A DNA stretch of 64,000 bases, taken from contig BK006934.2 in NCBI GenBank assembly GCA_000146045.2, positions 416,001 to 480,000 on the forward strand. Direction: 5' to 3'. A program made the position numbers and the translations under genes. The notes below the pieces were generated by a model. The model was not told the origin of the DNA. It saw only the letters and a program-made list of their open reading frames with translations, and searched no databases. Each line of letters opens with the position of its first letter. Within the stretch, counting starts at the first letter, position 1. Positions 1-11,600 of this stretch are shown here, piece by piece. This DNA comes from TPA_inf: Saccharomyces (taxonomy: Eukaryota).

Positions 1-1179
1 AGCCGTAAATACAGGTAATTTAAACCATTTACGCGATTTCAAGTTTAGGAAATACACGGAGTTCAAATAAGCATCATGCTCATCTTTCCCGCCTACAACA
101 CACATCAGATCGTTGTAGACTACAGTAGCATGTTCTTGAACTGGAGGAGGCTTTTCACCCGTGGTATCAATGATAAACCAATCATTTATTGCAGGGTCGT
201 ACATAAACACATCATTTACTAAACCTTGTAAGGTATCGCCACCAAATACCCATAGTTTAGAATCGTATGATATCATAGTAAAATTGGTAATAGGTGGTGG
301 TGTAAAGGTCCTTGGTTTCAAAAATTCCCAATGAGAGTCCGGTCTTCTAAAAGAAGATAAGTCGTAAACAGCCAAGTCGTTGAAGTAGGTGTCATCAAAT
401 TGACCACCAAACACGTACAGTTTTGTTTTCATTTGAGTTGTGGCGATAATCGAAATTTTATGACCGTACCTTCCCAATGGACGTGGTCCCACGGGTGCCG
501 GGACTGTCCATTTATAGGAATTAATATTCAAAAGGTATATGTCATCGTCCATCAAACCTTCCTTATTGACTTTGTGTGTGTCACCGCCAAATACAACAAA
601 GGCATTCCCGCATAATACAGCAGCGTGGCCTACCCTTGGTGGTGGTGTAGCTTCACTTATGTCTATCGTTGTAGTGGAAAATCTGGTGGCATTATCGAAG
701 GCCGTTAATATCCATGTATCGCCGTACACAGATTGGTCATGAAGTCCCCCAATAACATATATCTGGTTCTTGTCTGTAACATATGCTGAAGCAACATGTC
801 TATAACGTGGAAAAGGAGAATTCTGTAACTTGATTCTATTCCATACGGTATATTCTCTCTGTTTTGAAAGCTGCTTATGGAGAGTAGTGGACGGTCCTGA
901 GACATTTCGCTGTTGCGGTGGTACTGCGCTCGGTTGAATCCTTGATTCGGATACCTGTTTTCTGGCAAACATAGGTGGTGAACTAGTTTTATTAACATTA
1001 GAATGGTAACCTTGTGAAAATTGACGCCCTTTCTGAGGCGTTTCTTGTTTTGTGAAAAATTTTTCATTTGGAGGAGTTGACAGTGAAGCTTCTCTAGATT
1101 GGTCAGAGATAGAAGCATCAGAAGGCGTCTTTCCATGTTTCTTGTGAGTGAATTTCTTGGCGAAGCTGAATCCAGCCAT
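1..1179 (-). CDS. KEL1: Kelch-repeat protein Kel1, N-terminal ~393 aa. The CDS continues past the left edge of the window, so the stop codon is not in the window.
   Basis: The minus-strand frame is open from the ATG at 1179 to the window edge. The translation begins [21 protein letters not shown] and contains kelch-like repeats (VFGG..., [16 protein letters not shown]). It is absent from the ORF track because there is no in-window stop. Synteny: it is divergent from TDA11. Confidence 0.8.
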
Positions 1180-1548
1180 GTTTGAGTTATTTTCTAGGTG
1201 CAAATTGAAGCAAACGGGCTCTAACTTTTCCTGAAAAATTACTGTGAATTTGTTAATAAGTGTAAGTATCACAAATCAAGCAAAACAATTACTTTATAGA
1301 ACGAGCCCTGTTGCTTTTCTATATCTTATTGTTTCGTATTTTAAAGGAATGCTTGCTTGTAGTTTACTATCAACAACCGCGTCGCCAAGTCCCCAGAAGA
1401 CGTGCCGCGTGATTCCAAAGGTGATGAAGGGTACAAGTTGTAAAGTTCAATATAATAGGTAAGGAAAAAGGCCAATACTAACTGTGCTTTTCTCAATTAC
1501 CACTACATGGATCCGAGGATAATTAAATCTATCTCCTAGGGCACTGAT

Positions 1549-3063
1549 ATGAATAAATTTGACGAGTTTATAGAGTCTAATGAGAAGGATTTGGATGTGG
1601 ACACCAGTACCCGAAATAGTATAATTTCGATGTCACCTGTGAGGAAAACTGGACGAAAGATTCGTTCTGCTAGTTCCAATGGATATAGGCTAGAACACCA
1701 TCGTACGTCCAGTGCGGGAAGCATGCATTCGCAAAGACTAATGACGCCTACCAGATTAAATGACCAGGACCATCCCTTACAAGCCAAGCCAGATGCTAGG
1801 AGGGTGGTAACTCGTCATTCTTCTGTCTCAGTTCCAAATGCAATGAGCAAGAGAAGATCACTTATTCAACCCATGGTTGTTCCCACTACACCAGAATCTC
1901 AAAACAACTTACCTTCAGTAAGTCATTCTGAGGGATCCTATGGAATCCCATTAGAGTCAACCACTGTACTTTCTAGTGAGCAAGCGATGGCCAGCGGACT
2001 TCGACGGTCTAGAAATGGGAGTTCGCAGTCGGTTAATAGTATGATAGCGACCACCATACCAACAAATGGGGTCGATGTAAGTGCGCTTCTACAATCTCTC
2101 GCTACAAAAGAGTTAGAACTTCTGGAATGCAAACAAAAGATTGAAGATTTGAAAAAGCAAACCCAGCATGAAGAGCAAAACTATACTCGTCGGGCACGTG
2201 AACTGCATGAACTCAAGGAGCAAGTGAGTAAACATTTGGATCCCTCTCTAAATACACCTGTTAAAAACCGGGCTTTTTCACCGGTTTACCAGAATATACC
2301 TTTGGAATCACGAACTGAAAATGCTGGTAACAGCAGCCTTCCTAGTTCTGTCAGTAAACCAAAGAACATGGGTCATCAAAGTACTAATCAGTCAAGATCT
2401 GTGTCTCCGCAAGATATTCAAGAAAGGCGCCAAAGGGACGACTCGTCAGATTCATCCAAACAGTCACTTTGGAGCAAACCATTAGCTCTGTTTAATCAGT
2501 TTGATAAAATCATTCAGCATGAAATTGAAAGAACTCTGAATTGGGATGACTCTCTTTCAGGTACGCCTGAGGTACAGGAAGGGACACCGACTAGTAATAG
2601 CGAGTCGTCCGCGCAACAGTACGATAATGAAGCACCTGGAGCTCGCCAAAAATCTCCTTCGCAAGGATCAGTCTCCAGGTCGCTTTGGAGCTTTGTTAGC
2701 GATGTCAAGGCCGGATTACTCGGTATAGAAGAAGAAAACGATAATGATGTTATTACTGATAACAGATGTGATCCTGTATATAAAAGCGATAGACAGCATG
2801 AACAGAAAAAAAGTACACATAAAATTACGAACCGGGGGCAAGCAGAAGATAGTGGCGACGATTCTAGTTTAAACATGAGGAAATTTAAAACGACAACTAA
2901 GTTCCAGAAAGACAATGCTGGGAATAATAGTCTCACAGATGAAAGTGGACATCGAACACGAGAAAAAAAAAGTAAAAGAAGTAGTAACAAGCTAAGTTTT
3001 ATTGGAGAACCCGATAATGATAATTCCTCCGTCAAAAACTCAGTTGAAATGACAGACTTCTAA
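1549..3063 (+). CDS. TDA11: Tda11 (YHR159W). 504 aa. Ser/Asn-rich with a central coiled-coil segment.
   Basis: A 504-aa ORF whose length and position match YHR159W between KEL1 and PEX18. It contains a coiled-coil stretch ([22 protein letters not shown]). Confidence 0.8.
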   Translation: MNKFDEFIESNEKDLDVDTSTRNSIISMSPVRKTGRKIRSASSNGYRLEHHRTSSAGSMHSQRLMTPTRLNDQDHPLQAKPDARRVVTRHSSVSVPNAMSKRRSLIQPMVVPTTPESQNNLPSVSHSEGSYGIPLESTTVLSSEQAMASGLRRSRNGSSQSVNSMIATTIPTNGVDVSALLQSLATKELELLECKQKIEDLKKQTQHEEQNYTRRARELHELKEQVSKHLDPSLNTPVKNRAFSPVYQNIPLESRTENAGNSSLPSSVSKPKNMGHQSTNQSRSVSPQDIQERRQRDDSSDSSKQSLWSKPLALFNQFDKIIQHEIERTLNWDDSLSGTPEVQEGTPTSNSESSAQQYDNEAPGARQKSPSQGSVSRSLWSFVSDVKAGLLGIEEENDNDVITDNRCDPVYKSDRQHEQKKSTHKITNRGQAEDSGDDSSLNMRKFKTTTKFQKDNAGNNSLTDESGHRTREKKSKRSSNKLSFIGEPDNDNSSVKNSVEMTDF

Positions 3064-3220
3064 TTCCTTTTTCAAAATGACGTTTATTCTTCACTTGTCA
3101 CTCTTTTTACGTATAGCTGTGAACGCAGTATGTAATTTAATACTGTTTTCTCTTGAAAGTGGTTAAAAAGTGTTATATATCTGAAATTCATGGTTTAAAT
3201 TAAAGAAATTTCAAGGCCCG

Positions 3221-4072
3221 TTAAGCAATTCTGTCTTCAACATCATGGAACTCAAGACCAGCCCAGTTTCCTGAATTCTGAAAACAAAAACCTACGTGTT
3301 TTTGAAGGTTTCTTTCTGTACCGTTATCCTTCTTTAAAACTATAGAACCATCACTAATGCTGCCCATCAGCCCCATAAACTTTGAACTGTTTAGTCTTTC
3401 TTTTACATCTTTATTGGCACTATTATTATCGCAAAACTCAATTATATCGGAAGCCAAACCTTTCATGGCAGTTTCTTCATCTTCCAGACTCGTACCTGAA
3501 TTTTCCTCTTCTGTATGGACATCTTCTTCCAAACTACTGGCTTCCAGTTCCGAAAATTCAGCATTAATTAAAGAATCAATGTGGCTGTTGATAGGATGTT
3601 CTAAACCTGTTGTCTTGAATATCTGATGGTCAACCACAGGGAAGGAAGCAATGTTAAAGTTTTTCTGTGAATAAAAGCCTAAGGGAAAATCTGTCTGAGA
3701 TGTCCGTAGCCCGTTGTTTATATTAAGATTCGCGATTTGATTTTCGATGGGCGGTTCAACATTCTTAGGGAAGTTATATCTAAAATCCTTGGCCCAAGAA
3801 GTTTCATTGTCATTTAGATTTGGCGCTTCAAATTTGTAACTTTGATCCTCTAAGGTTCTAGGACGAATATTTACGTAGGACCGTGATTGATTCAAATCTT
3901 CTGAGTGTTGTAGAAATTTCAGCTCAATTTTATCCTTCAGAATCGGTGGTGAATTCAGTCTGCTCCCGATTTTGTTAAAAGAGAGCGTATTGTCCCTGCC
4001 CGTAAAAGGCCCCTTTTCTGTACTACTAATAAATTTATTCACCTCATTCGTTTGGCATCGGTTACTATTCAT
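3221..4072 (-). CDS. PEX18: Peroxin Pex18 (YHR160C). 283 aa.
   Basis: A 283-aa minus-strand ORF at the position expected from synteny between TDA11 and YAP1801. It contains WxxxF/Y-like motifs (WAKDFRYNF) typical of Pex7 co-receptors. Confidence 0.75.
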   Translation of the reverse strand: MNSNRCQTNEVNKFISSTEKGPFTGRDNTLSFNKIGSRLNSPPILKDKIELKFLQHSEDLNQSRSYVNIRPRTLEDQSYKFEAPNLNDNETSWAKDFRYNFPKNVEPPIENQIANLNINNGLRTSQTDFPLGFYSQKNFNIASFPVVDHQIFKTTGLEHPINSHIDSLINAEFSELEASSLEEDVHTEEENSGTSLEDEETAMKGLASDIIEFCDNNSANKDVKERLNSSKFMGLMGSISDGSIVLKKDNGTERNLQKHVGFCFQNSGNWAGLEFHDVEDRIA

Positions 4073-4372
4073 TGTTTGTATTTTATATCATTTGTCCATT
4101 GAAGTTTAGACAAGTATCAAATACCCAGTTTTCGTCTTTTCCCTTATATAGGTCGTCTCGGAAATAACAATATAAACTCCATGGTGCGGCGCTATCGAAA
4201 TCTTTTGTTGGCGGGAGGAATTGAAGACAGTAAGATGTAAGTATTACATACTATAGGACAAATGCAAAATATGTACAAAATGGCAAAAATTACATAGCTC
4301 TTCCTTACAACTATATATAGCTATCCAAAGATGCACTTGAGTACTCCCTTACATACCTGATTATACTAGATA

Positions 4373-6286
4373 TTACATATCAATTAAATTGAGGTTGTTA
4401 GCATATTGGTTTCCTAAAACTGGTTGCTGTGTTTGAGACTGTTCCGGTTGTGGTTGCTGTTGTGGATAGAAAGGGAAATTTTGAGGTTGAACTGTCCCAG
4501 TTATATTTGTAACAGGGTTGGCTCCTGCAGTTGCAGGCACATAATAACCCTGTTGTGGTTGCTGTTGTTGCTGTTGCTGTTGTTGCTGTTGCTGTTGTTG
4601 CTGTTGTTGGAGATGATTCTGAGTGTAGTGAGCCTGAAATTCCATTTTATCAAAACGCTGAGGAATATTCATCGATCCCTGCATGCTAGTAGGGGTTGTC
4701 ATAACGCTATTGATCGAGCTCAAAGGCATTTTTTGTTGTTGAAATTGTTGTTGATTGTACGTTTGGTTTTGAAAAGGGTTACTTATTATCTGTTGTTGTA
4801 GCGGCATATTGGTATTTTGTTCATCAAAGTTTGGTCGTGAAAATGGGTTATTTAAGACATTTTCGTGTGCAGGATTCCCTGTTGCGATCGTCGCGGCGTT
4901 GTGCAATGCGAACGGGTTGTTAGAACCAGTTTGTGAATGAGAGACTTGTTGATTAGAAGCGGCAGTTGTATCCTGTGAAACGGAGTATCCTCCAAACCCT
5001 GCACCTGTAAATGTGGGTGTTAAATGGTTGTTAATCGAATAGTACCCCGTTTGTTGGGCACTTACGCCAGCATCTTGTACAGGGTTGAAGTTCACTGTGT
5101 GTTGGACCGCTGCATATTCAGGAACGTTTAAATTTGCGGGCTCTGTATGAGCGGTTGGTGTATTCATCACCTGTGGCTGAGTTTGAGATACAAATGGGTT
5201 ATTTGCGATCTGTTGCGTTTGATTAGCCACAGCCATTGGAATGTTAGTATGCATAGAAGAGTCTGTTCCAAACGGGTTGTAAGATTGAGCCGCCGTGACA
5301 GTAGTTAGAGCAGGGGAAATCGCTACTTGTTCGTTTTTCAATTGTGCCTCTAGTATCCTTTTTTGTTCCCGGATTTGCTCCAACCTTTCCTGTGCAGTAG
5401 ATTTGGCTACTACGGCCCCAGCACTTCCTTGAGAACTGTCAACGGGCACAAAAGTGTTGTGCGTCTTATCATCCTCTATCAGATGTTCTTCTAGCGATCT
5501 GACCAGTTTGGTAGTGATATGCTTGATGACGGGTATTTTCAAGCCCGCAGTCTTCCCGCTCTTCAAGTACCTGACAACGTGCTCGGTCAAATCAACAAAC
5601 GTCTTGTACAGGTCTAGAGTTCTCTCTGCATTATGATGAGATAGTTCGAAAAAAGACTCCAGCAGAGTTATGATACCTTCGTTGAGAGCATTATATAGCG
5701 CTAGCAGGTCTTGAATAAGCAGCTTGAAACCAAATATGATCAATTCGTTACTCAAATCATATTGTGTATACTTGTTTTTAATCAGGGCTTGTATTTGTAC
5801 CTCTAGGGACTCCACATGATCTAGTGCTATATTGATAGAGTGTTGCTTGTTTCTGGAGCTTCCGTAATTGCCACTGTTCAGCTTCAGTGTTCGATAGCCG
5901 TCTCTCACATAGTCCTTTTTGATTTTACCAAACTCCCTGCATCTCACCTTCAGATAATTATCGTATCTATCAAGTGCCCTCATGTCTCCAGACGCACTGC
6001 CATTGGAGCCACGTATGTTTTCAATGTCAAAAAACTCCAGGTTCCTAGAGTAGTACCGCAATGCAACATCTTTGGAACCCTCCCTTATCATCAAATGAAC
6101 CACCAACAGCGATTTATACACAATAGTCCACGCCGTGTCATTAATTCGGGAATCCAAACCCTTCACGATCTCATAGAAATCCTCTTCATTGCTGGTCCCC
6201 AACAGTATCGGATCCAGATACTTCTGTTTGGGCGGGGCTGACTTGATCTTGGTAGCACCTTTTACCAACTTGAAATATGTTGTCAT
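4373..6286 (-). CDS. YAP1801: Clathrin assembly protein AP180 homolog Yap1801. 637 aa. ANTH domain at the N-terminus, Q/N-rich C-terminus with a polyQ tract.
   Basis: A 637-aa ORF. The N-terminal ANTH/ENTH-like region is MTTYFKLVKGATK...LVVHLMIREG. The C-terminal half is Q/N/P-rich with NPF motifs and a (Q)18 tract. Length and synteny match YHR161C. Confidence 0.85.
   Translation of the reverse strand: MTTYFKLVKGATKIKSAPPKQKYLDPILLGTSNEEDFYEIVKGLDSRINDTAWTIVYKSLLVVHLMIREGSKDVALRYYSRNLEFFDIENIRGSNGSASGDMRALDRYDNYLKVRCREFGKIKKDYVRDGYRTLKLNSGNYGSSRNKQHSINIALDHVESLEVQIQALIKNKYTQYDLSNELIIFGFKLLIQDLLALYNALNEGIITLLESFFELSHHNAERTLDLYKTFVDLTEHVVRYLKSGKTAGLKIPVIKHITTKLVRSLEEHLIEDDKTHNTFVPVDSSQGSAGAVVAKSTAQERLEQIREQKRILEAQLKNEQVAISPALTTVTAAQSYNPFGTDSSMHTNIPMAVANQTQQIANNPFVSQTQPQVMNTPTAHTEPANLNVPEYAAVQHTVNFNPVQDAGVSAQQTGYYSINNHLTPTFTGAGFGGYSVSQDTTAASNQQVSHSQTGSNNPFALHNAATIATGNPAHENVLNNPFSRPNFDEQNTNMPLQQQIISNPFQNQTYNQQQFQQQKMPLSSINSVMTTPTSMQGSMNIPQRFDKMEFQAHYTQNHLQQQQQQQQQQQQQQQQQPQQGYYVPATAGANPVTNITGTVQPQNFPFYPQQQPQPEQSQTQQPVLGNQYANNLNLIDM
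4552..4609 (-). repeat. Imperfect CAG/CAA trinucleotide tract (CAA/CAG)~19 that encodes the polyQ stretch of Yap1801.
   Basis: The plus strand shows (TTG/CTG)n. The protein reads QQQQQQQQQQQQQQQQQQPQQ. Confidence 0.9.
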
Positions 6287-7071
6287 CTCGCCTCAATCGA
6301 AATTTATACTCTAGTATCTGCGATATCGAACAGTCCCTTTATATTTACGAGACAGGTTTTGTCCTTCCTCCCCCACCAAAAAGACGCTATAAAATACTAA
6401 ATATATCTAATATCGCTACTGCTCAATTCACCTAACGAATGATTACCACCAAGCATCAACACCATGTGCATACCATACCGCTAACTAAACTCACCAACGC
6501 TGGAAGCCTGAATACCAAGTATCGAACTGAGGCCCCTGTGTTACCAATCCGTAAAAAGTGATGGAACCCGCCGCTCGCTTCCAAGAGTTATCATCATATT
6601 CTTCATCATATTCTTCCATACTTAAGGTGGGTAGCGAGGACCCCTCAATTCCCCCACCTCTCTGCCAGGGCGTCATCTTTTTCTACAAAAGCCAGGCTGA
6701 GTCACGTCAGTTGCTGACCCTGGGGGCTGCATTGTTTCCTACGAATTACTCATTTGTTTCGTGCGCTTTCCTATTGCGCGCATGACTAGGATGGAAAAAA
6801 AAAGAAGAAAAAGAAAAGCGTTGAGTATATAATAAGAAAGAAGAAAAAGTCCGAGAGAAAAGAAGCACAAAGGTTTTTCCTCGAGGAAAACAGTAAAGTT
6901 TGATACGCACATCGTTGACATCGCTGACTGCAATAGGAAACTGAAATAGACGGCAAACCATTAGTTCATTCGAAAGAACGTATTGTCGAGAATTATCACT
7001 CACTATATCAGAAAATTGACACACGAATTATATAAACGAAGTTATACAGAAAAAGATTAAAGAAAAGAAAA

Positions 7072-7461
7072 ATGTCTACATCATCCGTACGTTTTGCATT
7101 TAGGCGGTTCTGGCAAAGTGAGACAGGCCCCAAGACGGTGCATTTCTGGGCTCCTACTTTGAAATGGGGTCTGGTTTTCGCTGGATTCAGCGATATGAAG
7201 AGACCGGTGGAAAAAATTTCTGGTGCTCAAAATTTGTCGCTGCTATCTACTGCGCTGATTTGGACTCGTTGGTCCTTTGTCATCAAGCCAAGAAACATCT
7301 TGTTGGCTTCTGTCAACTCGTTTCTTTGTCTGACCGCTGGCTATCAATTGGGTAGAATTGCCAACTACAGGATACGGAATGGCGACTCTATATCGCAATT
7401 GTGTAGCTATATTCTCAGCGGCGCCGACGAAAGCAAAAAGGAAATTACTACGGGCAGATAA
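7072..7461 (+). CDS. MPC2: Mitochondrial pyruvate carrier subunit Mpc2 (YHR162W). 129 aa.
   Basis: A 129-aa ORF beginning MSTSSVRFAFRRFWQSETGPKTVHFWAPTLKWGLVFAGFSD. It belongs to the MPC family and the length and position are exact. Confidence 0.85.
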   Translation: MSTSSVRFAFRRFWQSETGPKTVHFWAPTLKWGLVFAGFSDMKRPVEKISGAQNLSLLSTALIWTRWSFVIKPRNILLASVNSFLCLTAGYQLGRIANYRIRNGDSISQLCSYILSGADESKKEITTGR

Positions 7462-7568
7462 ACGCCGAATTTACAACTCGAAACTTTGCTTTGTCAAAGA
7501 TATGTACGTAAGCATATATATCCGGATTGTATAATATTCATAAAATAGTAAAGTATATTTTCTTTGCG

Positions 7569-7578
7569 CGGTGTTATA
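7569..7578 (+). promoter_or_regulatory. CGGTGTTATA motif about 150 bp upstream of the SOL3 ATG. Candidate Stb5-type site.
   Basis: Read directly: ttgCGCGGTGTTATAATttg. This is a perfect fit to CGGNSTTATA. Confidence 0.4.
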
Positions 7579-7723
7579 ATTTGCTCTTTTGCATTTTTCC
7601 GTTTTTTTCTTACCTTTTTATCCCCGACAATGGTAATAGTGGTATATTATATAAAGAGGAAAGGCCTCGAGGATAATAGAAGGCAATGCACCATCAATTG
7701 CTTTACCCCTGGTCCGCGACCAA

Positions 7724-8473
7724 ATGGTGACAGTCGGTGTGTTTTCTGAGAGGGCTAGTTTGACCCATCAATTGGGGGAATTCATCGTCAAGAAACAAGA
7801 TGAGGCGCTGCAAAAGAAGTCAGACTTTAAAGTTTCCGTTAGCGGTGGCTCTTTGATCGATGCTCTGTATGAAAGTTTAGTAGCGGACGAATCACTATCT
7901 TCTCGAGTGCAATGGTCTAAATGGCAAATCTACTTCTCTGATGAAAGAATTGTGCCACTGACGGACGCTGACAGCAATTATGGTGCCTTCAAGAGAGCTG
8001 TTCTAGATAAATTACCCTCGACTAGTCAGCCAAACGTTTATCCCATGGACGAGTCCTTGATTGGCAGCGATGCTGAATCTAACAACAAAATTGCTGCAGA
8101 GTACGAGCGTATCGTACCTCAAGTGCTTGATTTGGTACTGTTGGGCTGTGGTCCTGATGGACACACTTGTTCCTTATTCCCTGGAGAAACACATAGGTAC
8201 TTGCTGAACGAAACAACCAAAAGAGTTGCTTGGTGCCACGATTCTCCCAAGCCTCCAAGTGACAGAATCACCTTCACTCTGCCTGTGTTGAAAGACGCCA
8301 AAGCCCTGTGTTTTGTGGCTGAGGGCAGTTCCAAACAAAATATAATGCATGAGATCTTTGACTTGAAAAACGATCAATTGCCAACCGCATTGGTTAACAA
8401 ATTATTTGGTGAAAAAACATCCTGGTTCGTTAATGAGGAAGCTTTTGGAAAAGTTCAAACGAAAACTTTTTAG
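7724..8473 (+). CDS. SOL3: 6-phosphogluconolactonase Sol3. 249 aa. Pentose phosphate pathway.
   Basis: A 249-aa ORF of the glucosamine-6-P isomerase / 6PGL family (motifs VSGGSL, LLGCGPDGHTCSLFPG). Length and synteny match YHR163W. Confidence 0.9.
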   Translation: MVTVGVFSERASLTHQLGEFIVKKQDEALQKKSDFKVSVSGGSLIDALYESLVADESLSSRVQWSKWQIYFSDERIVPLTDADSNYGAFKRAVLDKLPSTSQPNVYPMDESLIGSDAESNNKIAAEYERIVPQVLDLVLLGCGPDGHTCSLFPGETHRYLLNETTKRVAWCHDSPKPPSDRITFTLPVLKDAKALCFVAEGSSKQNIMHEIFDLKNDQLPTALVNKLFGEKTSWFVNEEAFGKVQTKTF

Positions 8474-8609
8474 AAAAGACACACATGCGAGCTTTCGAAC
8501 CTCAGATGCTAATATTACGTGTTATATATACCAAACTTTATAAAATGACATAGATATTTTATGCTGTGATAGCTTTCCTGTTATGGAGAAGCTCTTCTTA
8601 TTCCCCCTG

Positions 8610-11600
8610 TCAACTTTCATACTCTTGTAGAATTTCCTTTATGATAGGTTTATCGCTTACGAATTTAGACTTTGATGTGATGGGTTTGGCACCTGTTCTT
8701 TTTCCACAACCTTTGCGTGCCTCATCAATAGCGTTTGATCTGTCGGGAAATTTGTATTTGTAGAGTGCATCCTTGCACATTGTATAGACCCAATTACGCT
8801 CTTCTAACAGGTTCACGAACGATTTTATTTCAGGAACAGAGCCGATTGTACTTTTTGAACCTATAATGATCAGCTTGGATTTGGCCCTTGTCATGGCAAC
8901 ATTGACTCTTCTTAGCTCTTTCAGCAGCGCTCCTCCATTTAATTGAGAATTTCTTCTAACCATGGAAATAATAATGCACTTTTTGTCACGACCTTGAAAC
9001 TGATCAGCAGTCAAGATCTCTAGCCCGTCATACACATTTTTGTTGAATATCTTCTTCAGTAATCTTAACTGTGCTCTGTATAACGTCATTACACCAATAT
9101 CTTCGCATGGTACGCCGCTCAATAACATTCCTTCCACACATTGTAGAGTCAATTCTGCCTCCCCGTGATTCGTAATGTTATCCTTTTCGCTTTGTTCGAT
9201 AATATCCGGGCAGTTATCGTAATTTAAAAATACCACTTTTCTTGTAGGCTCTAGTATATCCTCAAGCCACTGCTTAGAGTTAGCCGATTCATTCCTATAG
9301 CGCGACAAGGCCTCAGGCATTGGTAACTCTAAAGATTGAGCAAAAACTTCGTTATTCCCGCATTTTAATTTATTATCATAAATTAGGAAATTAGACAAAG
9401 TTACAATATCGCCGCACATACGGTACTGTAAAGTCAGTTCTGCAACGCTTTCCGGATGCTTTTCACAGAAAGTCTTGAACAGTGACTCTTCTAACCCACC
9501 TAATCGAGCTGCGTCATTTTTAACTAATGGCGGTAGCTGGTAATGATCTCCTACCATAATAAACCTATTTCCATACCGCAGAGGTCCCAAAGCGACAGGC
9601 ATTGAAATTTGACTTGCCTCGTCCAAAATCACATAATCAAAATCCTTTTCATTTAGTGTAAATAGTATATCGTTAATTCCTAAGCAGGTGGTAGCAACAA
9701 CAGAGGTGCTGTTAATTTTGGACAAATAATCGTTATAACTTTTCACTGACGCGTAATTCGGGACATATTTTTGCGTGTCAGGATGGACCTTATGTTTCAT
9801 TCCCAATCTCATTATGCTAATGTTGGTGTTCCTCAATTTTATTAAAATATTATCCACTGCTGAATGTGTGTATGATGTCAAAAGCACGCGTTTCCCCTCG
9901 GAAACGAGAATTTTAATAATTTCTGCGATAACAGTAGTCTTACCAGTCCCTGGCATTCCCAATATCAATGCATAATCTTCGGCCCTCATTACTTTGTCTA
10001 TTGCTTCTTTTTGATTCAAGTTCAATGTTGTATCCTTTGAAAGCTTATACGGAATGACGGGATCATCATTTGCATCTCTAAACTTAGGTGCTCTATTATC
10101 AACTAAAAGTGATCGCAGTATTTCATTACCTCCATCAGATCTCTTTGTCTTCCGACATAATTTACTCCTTTCGTCAACAATATCCACGCCAGGTGAAACA
10201 GCTGGTAAAAACAAGCTTAAAAGATTAAATCGCGCTAAAGACAAACTCTGTTGGATATCATTTTTGTCGATTCTATATGTGACCAAATTTTGGGTAGCTA
10301 TGAGACTGGATTGTTCTAGCTCTGATTCGACCACACTTTGGATGGTAGTGACTCCTTTTTCCTTATCTAGAAGCCTATTGTTTAATAACTTTCGTTTTAC
10401 GGAGATACCAATTTTAGCGGGATTTATAAATTGTACACGACCTTGGCACAAGCAAAAATGACCCTCCTCATCACTAATAATAACAAAGTCATTAGCAGCA
10501 ATTTGAGATGATAACATCGACTGCGAGTTATTATCATTTCTACGTCTTGAGAAGCAATATATATACGCTCCCTCTGTTTTTTCATGTTCAACCACCTCTG
10601 ACACAACCAAGCCAGAAAGGCACCTTCCACTTCTGGATTCTCTTGTGGAACCATCCAATAAGAAAAGTTCTTTATTTACACATGTTATACTTGACTCCTC
10701 CTTAGTTATTAGATCATTATATTTTGTAAAAAACTCTTTGTAGTTGGCGAGATTTTGCGACAAATGGTTTGTCAAAATTTCAAACTCACCTTCTACCAGG
10801 CCACTTTCTTCTGGTGTCCCGTCCTCTAGTAGCTTATTCAACACCATGCATGATTCTTTGATGAAACATGAATCACAAGATGAATCGCGCAGTAAGGGTG
10901 GTAATTCAAACCTTGATTGAGCCTGTCCGAAAACCTCTTGGAGTTGATGCTTAAAATTCATACTCATTCTATTTCGGGACATGAGAATATGTTTAATGGA
11001 GTGCAGAACAGAAGGGAACTTTGTCATATTTTTATCCCTCGTAAAATAAAGAAGAAAAAACTCTATCGGTATCTCATAGCGATCATTTAACAGAAGTGTA
11101 TAAATAAGGCCTTGAACCTCGTATGAAACGCTTCTGGATTTTCCAGTTTTCACTTCTAAAGGAACGATGTGTTTTTTATTGTTTTCAACATTAGCTTCAA
11201 CAGTTGCATCTAGGAACCCTTTAAGACCATATATTGGAGACCAAATGTTTTCTTCAATATCAATCACATTGGATATAGAAATTGGCTGTGTTCTTCTTGT
11301 TCCGGAAATTGATGTGTAGCAACCATAGTTACTTTTCGAAACAAATTTATTGACGAAGTACAAAATGTTTTCAGCATGTTCTTTCATAACTAATTCTTTA
11401 ACGTACTGGATTTCTTCATTACAAATGATAATTGAAAAAGAATAAGTTTCTAACAAAGAATCCAGCTTTTGTATTATGATTTCCATAGAAATTTTATTAT
11501 GCGAGAGCTTGTATTTGATTGAGTCTTGCAATAACTCGTGTACGATATTGCCTAAAGTCATGACAAGGCTTGGTTCTCCGCGGGGATCTTGAAATTGCAT

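Noticed and set aside
2514-3035. A 173-aa minus-strand ORF inside TDA11, and a 133-aa plus-strand ORF (5840-6241) inside YAP1801
   Set aside because: They are fully nested antisense ORFs within well-supported genes. They are low-complexity (Leu/Ser-rich), have no domain signatures, and are most likely chance ORFs.
4424-4801. A 125-aa plus-strand ORF with a poly-Leu run
   Set aside because: It is the antisense reading of the CAG/CAA polyQ-coding tract of YAP1801, so it is low-complexity and spurious.
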